Positions 24,741 to 26,158 of a DNA stretch of 26,158 nucleotides are shown here, one piece after another. Below the pieces are notes generated by a model. It was not told the origin of the DNA. It did no database searches and saw only the letters and a program-made list of their open reading frames with translations. Position 1 is the first letter of the stretch. Each line of letters opens with the position of its first letter. The stretch is from a virus (taxonomy: Duplodnaviria > Caudoviricetes): IMG/VR virus record IMGVR_UViG_3300033489_000052, positions 1 through 26,158 of that record. One strand, given 5' to 3'. The translations under genes and the position numbers were made by a program.

Positions 24741-24755
24741 AAGTAGTCCTCCTTT

Positions 24756-25235
24756 TCATTTATCAATTTCCTTAAGAAAGATTTTCCTTTTCGACTTCTC
24801 CTCCTGGAGGGATTTAATTTGCTCATCCAGTCTGTGGATCTCTGCCCTTAGCGCATCCGGACCTGGCAGCGCAAAAAGTCCGGATCTCCTGGACAAGCAT
24901 TCAAACGCCCTTCGCCCGCCCGTAATTACGACAAAGGCCGGCAGAAATTTGCAGGGCATATTGTGTTTCTCGTGAGATTCGGCCGTCCAGTTATAGAGCA
25001 TCGATTCGGTGATCTCCTGGCCGGCAAGTTCGCTCATCTTCGCGGCGATCTGATAGCGCGAAAGGGGACAAACCTTGATATCGGCCGAGACCGCAGCGCG
25101 AAACTCGGTATCGATATCAAGGCTTCCCGGAGGAGGATTGGAAGATTGGCTGGAGAGGGCCTGGGCTTTCTTCACCCACTCAAAAAGTGGGCCAGGGTTG
25201 AGGGGCGAATTTATGATTTTTTTAGTCATTGACAC
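24756..25235 (-). CDS. Phage regulatory protein (CII-like HTH)
   Basis: LSRYQIAAKMSEL.G.EIT..MLYNWTAES.E.H..P..FLPAF; follows the Ner-like gene. Confidence 0.7.
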   Translation of the reverse strand: MSMTKKIINSPLNPGPLFEWVKKAQALSSQSSNPPPGSLDIDTEFRAAVSADIKVCPLSRYQIAAKMSELAGQEITESMLYNWTAESHEKHNMPCKFLPAFVVITGGRRAFECLSRRSGLFALPGPDALRAEIHRLDEQIKSLQEEKSKRKIFLKEIDK

Positions 25236-25381
25236 GCCAAAAAAAATTTAATATCGTTTCAGAATAGAAGAGGCCAGGAATCGAGAAATAGCCCTTTGCA
25301 AGACTTATCGATCCCCAGCCTCCCTCGGCGCCGAGGCGCCTCTTTATTCTTGGGTGGAATTGCTCTATGCGCCATTTGGGA

Positions 25382-25582
25382 TCACGCCACCTTTCTATTT
25401 TCGGGGATCAATTCCTCAACCCTGGAGCCAGTTCGTGTCGCAATGTACCGCAGCACCCGCATCGATTTCCCTTTTCGGTGCAGTACCAGCGAAACCCAGG
25501 TCTCTGTGACACCCAGGTCCTTTGCTGTCTGTTTTTGGGTCAGGCCGTGCTCCCGCATGATTCGCTGAATTTTTTTTGTCAT
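25382..25582 (-). CDS. Ner/Cro-like HTH regulator
   Basis: GLTQKQTAKDLGVTETWVSLVL HTH; first gene of the early operon, divergent from the repressor. Confidence 0.85.
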   Translation of the reverse strand: MTKKIQRIMREHGLTQKQTAKDLGVTETWVSLVLHRKGKSMRVLRYIATRTGSRVEELIPENRKVA

Positions 25583-25611
25583 AGGGTTTAAGTTAAATAT
25601 AGGATGGTGAG

Positions 25612-25640
25612 AATATAAACGAATCAGTCTACTTTGTCAA
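25612..25640 (-). promoter_or_regulatory. Sigma70-type early promoter
   Basis: TTGACA (25640-25635), 17 bp spacer, TATATT (25617-25612). Confidence 0.75.
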
Positions 25641-25660
25641 GAGAAAAATAACTAATTAGT
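25619..25660. promoter_or_regulatory. Candidate repressor operators
   Basis: Perfect palindrome ACTAATTAGT (25651-25660) and an 8/10 copy ACGAATCAGT (25619-25628) inside the promoter spacer. Confidence 0.45.
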
Positions 25661-25668
25661 CTTTTTCT

Positions 25669-26088
25669 ATGAAAGATAGCGATAATAAAGGGGAAATAGC
25701 AAAGAACATCCGCTGCAAAATTGGGAAAATTAAGCTCGATGATTTTGCTAAAATGGTTGGAGTGAATAAGGACCAGTTAAGCAGATATCGAACGGGGAAA
25801 TCTGTTCCACGGGCCGATATATATGAGAAGATAATGCGATTTCAAAAACCAGAGGAAAAACGAACCCCCGTGGCCGCCGAGGGTATGCCTCTGGTTAGGG
25901 AACCCCCTCCAGATCATTTTCCTGAAAGGCGAAATCCTGACAATAGATTGAGGAGAGAGTTTGTGGGCAAGGTGCTTAGAATCCTGGATAGCGGAAAAGA
26001 AAAACAAATCACGGCTCTGGAGTCAAACGTGGAGGCGTTCCTGGAGAACATAAAATTAAAGGAATCAGAAATGGAAGGGGGCGATTAA
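25669..26088 (+). CDS. Prophage repressor (XRE-type HTH)
   Basis: DDFAKMVGVNKDQLSRYRTGKSVP HTH, divergent from the early operon. No S24 peptidase domain visible. Confidence 0.8.
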   Translation: MKDSDNKGEIAKNIRCKIGKIKLDDFAKMVGVNKDQLSRYRTGKSVPRADIYEKIMRFQKPEEKRTPVAAEGMPLVREPPPDHFPERRNPDNRLRREFVGKVLRILDSGKEKQITALESNVEAFLENIKLKESEMEGGD

Positions 26089-26089
26089 G

Positions 26090-26158
26090 ATGAGAAAAGG
26101 GGTGATTATTCCGGTCCTTATAATAATACTGTGGGTTGCTGGCTGTTTTTCTGGTCAA
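26090..26158 (+). CDS. Lipoprotein, 5' fragment (runs off the window)
   Basis: GGGGG upstream; MRKGVIIPVLIIILWVAG-C signal peptide with lipobox. Confidence 0.6.
   Translation, partial: MRKGVIIPVLIIILWVAGCFSGQ

Larger units (their letters stand above)
154..26088 (-). mobile_element. Mu-like transposable prophage (partial; ends outside the window)
   Basis: Mu-type gene order: repressor/ner, DDE transposase, AAA+ ATPase, gam, gemA, lysis, terminase, DUF935-type portal, gpF, gpG, gpI protease, gpT, gp36. Genes are tightly packed, many with ATGA overlaps. Confidence 0.95.

Noticed and set aside
1-26158. Mu ends (TG...CA with transposase-binding repeats), tRNA or rRNA genes
   Set aside because: None recognised. 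Phage-like genes continue to both edges of the window.

Overview
Most of a Mu-like (transposable) prophage, read almost entirely on the minus strand. From right to left: a divergent repressor/Ner-like switch with a near-consensus sigma70 promoter; early genes (regulators, DDE transposase, AAA+ ATPase, Gam-like, GemA-like, many small Zn-finger and membrane ORFs); a lysis cassette; terminase, portal, gpF, gpG, protease, major head subunit and neck genes. Neither prophage end is visible. Two signals stand out. (1) A lone RAMP/Cas7-like gene (24192-24740) is followed directly by 24 tandem GGY-NN pentamers and a 9-bp hairpin, which looks like an RNA-guided system with a gapped dinucleotide code. 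The NN pairs, read as codon positions 1-2, resemble the conserved motif of the next gene. (2) The gpF head gene has an in-frame TGA at a conserved Cys position, followed by a bacterial SECIS-like hairpin and 61 more in-frame codons, making it a candidate phage selenoprotein. Several families of short palindromic and heptamer repeats are scattered through the window. All family assignments come from motif recognition and gene order, not database searches.
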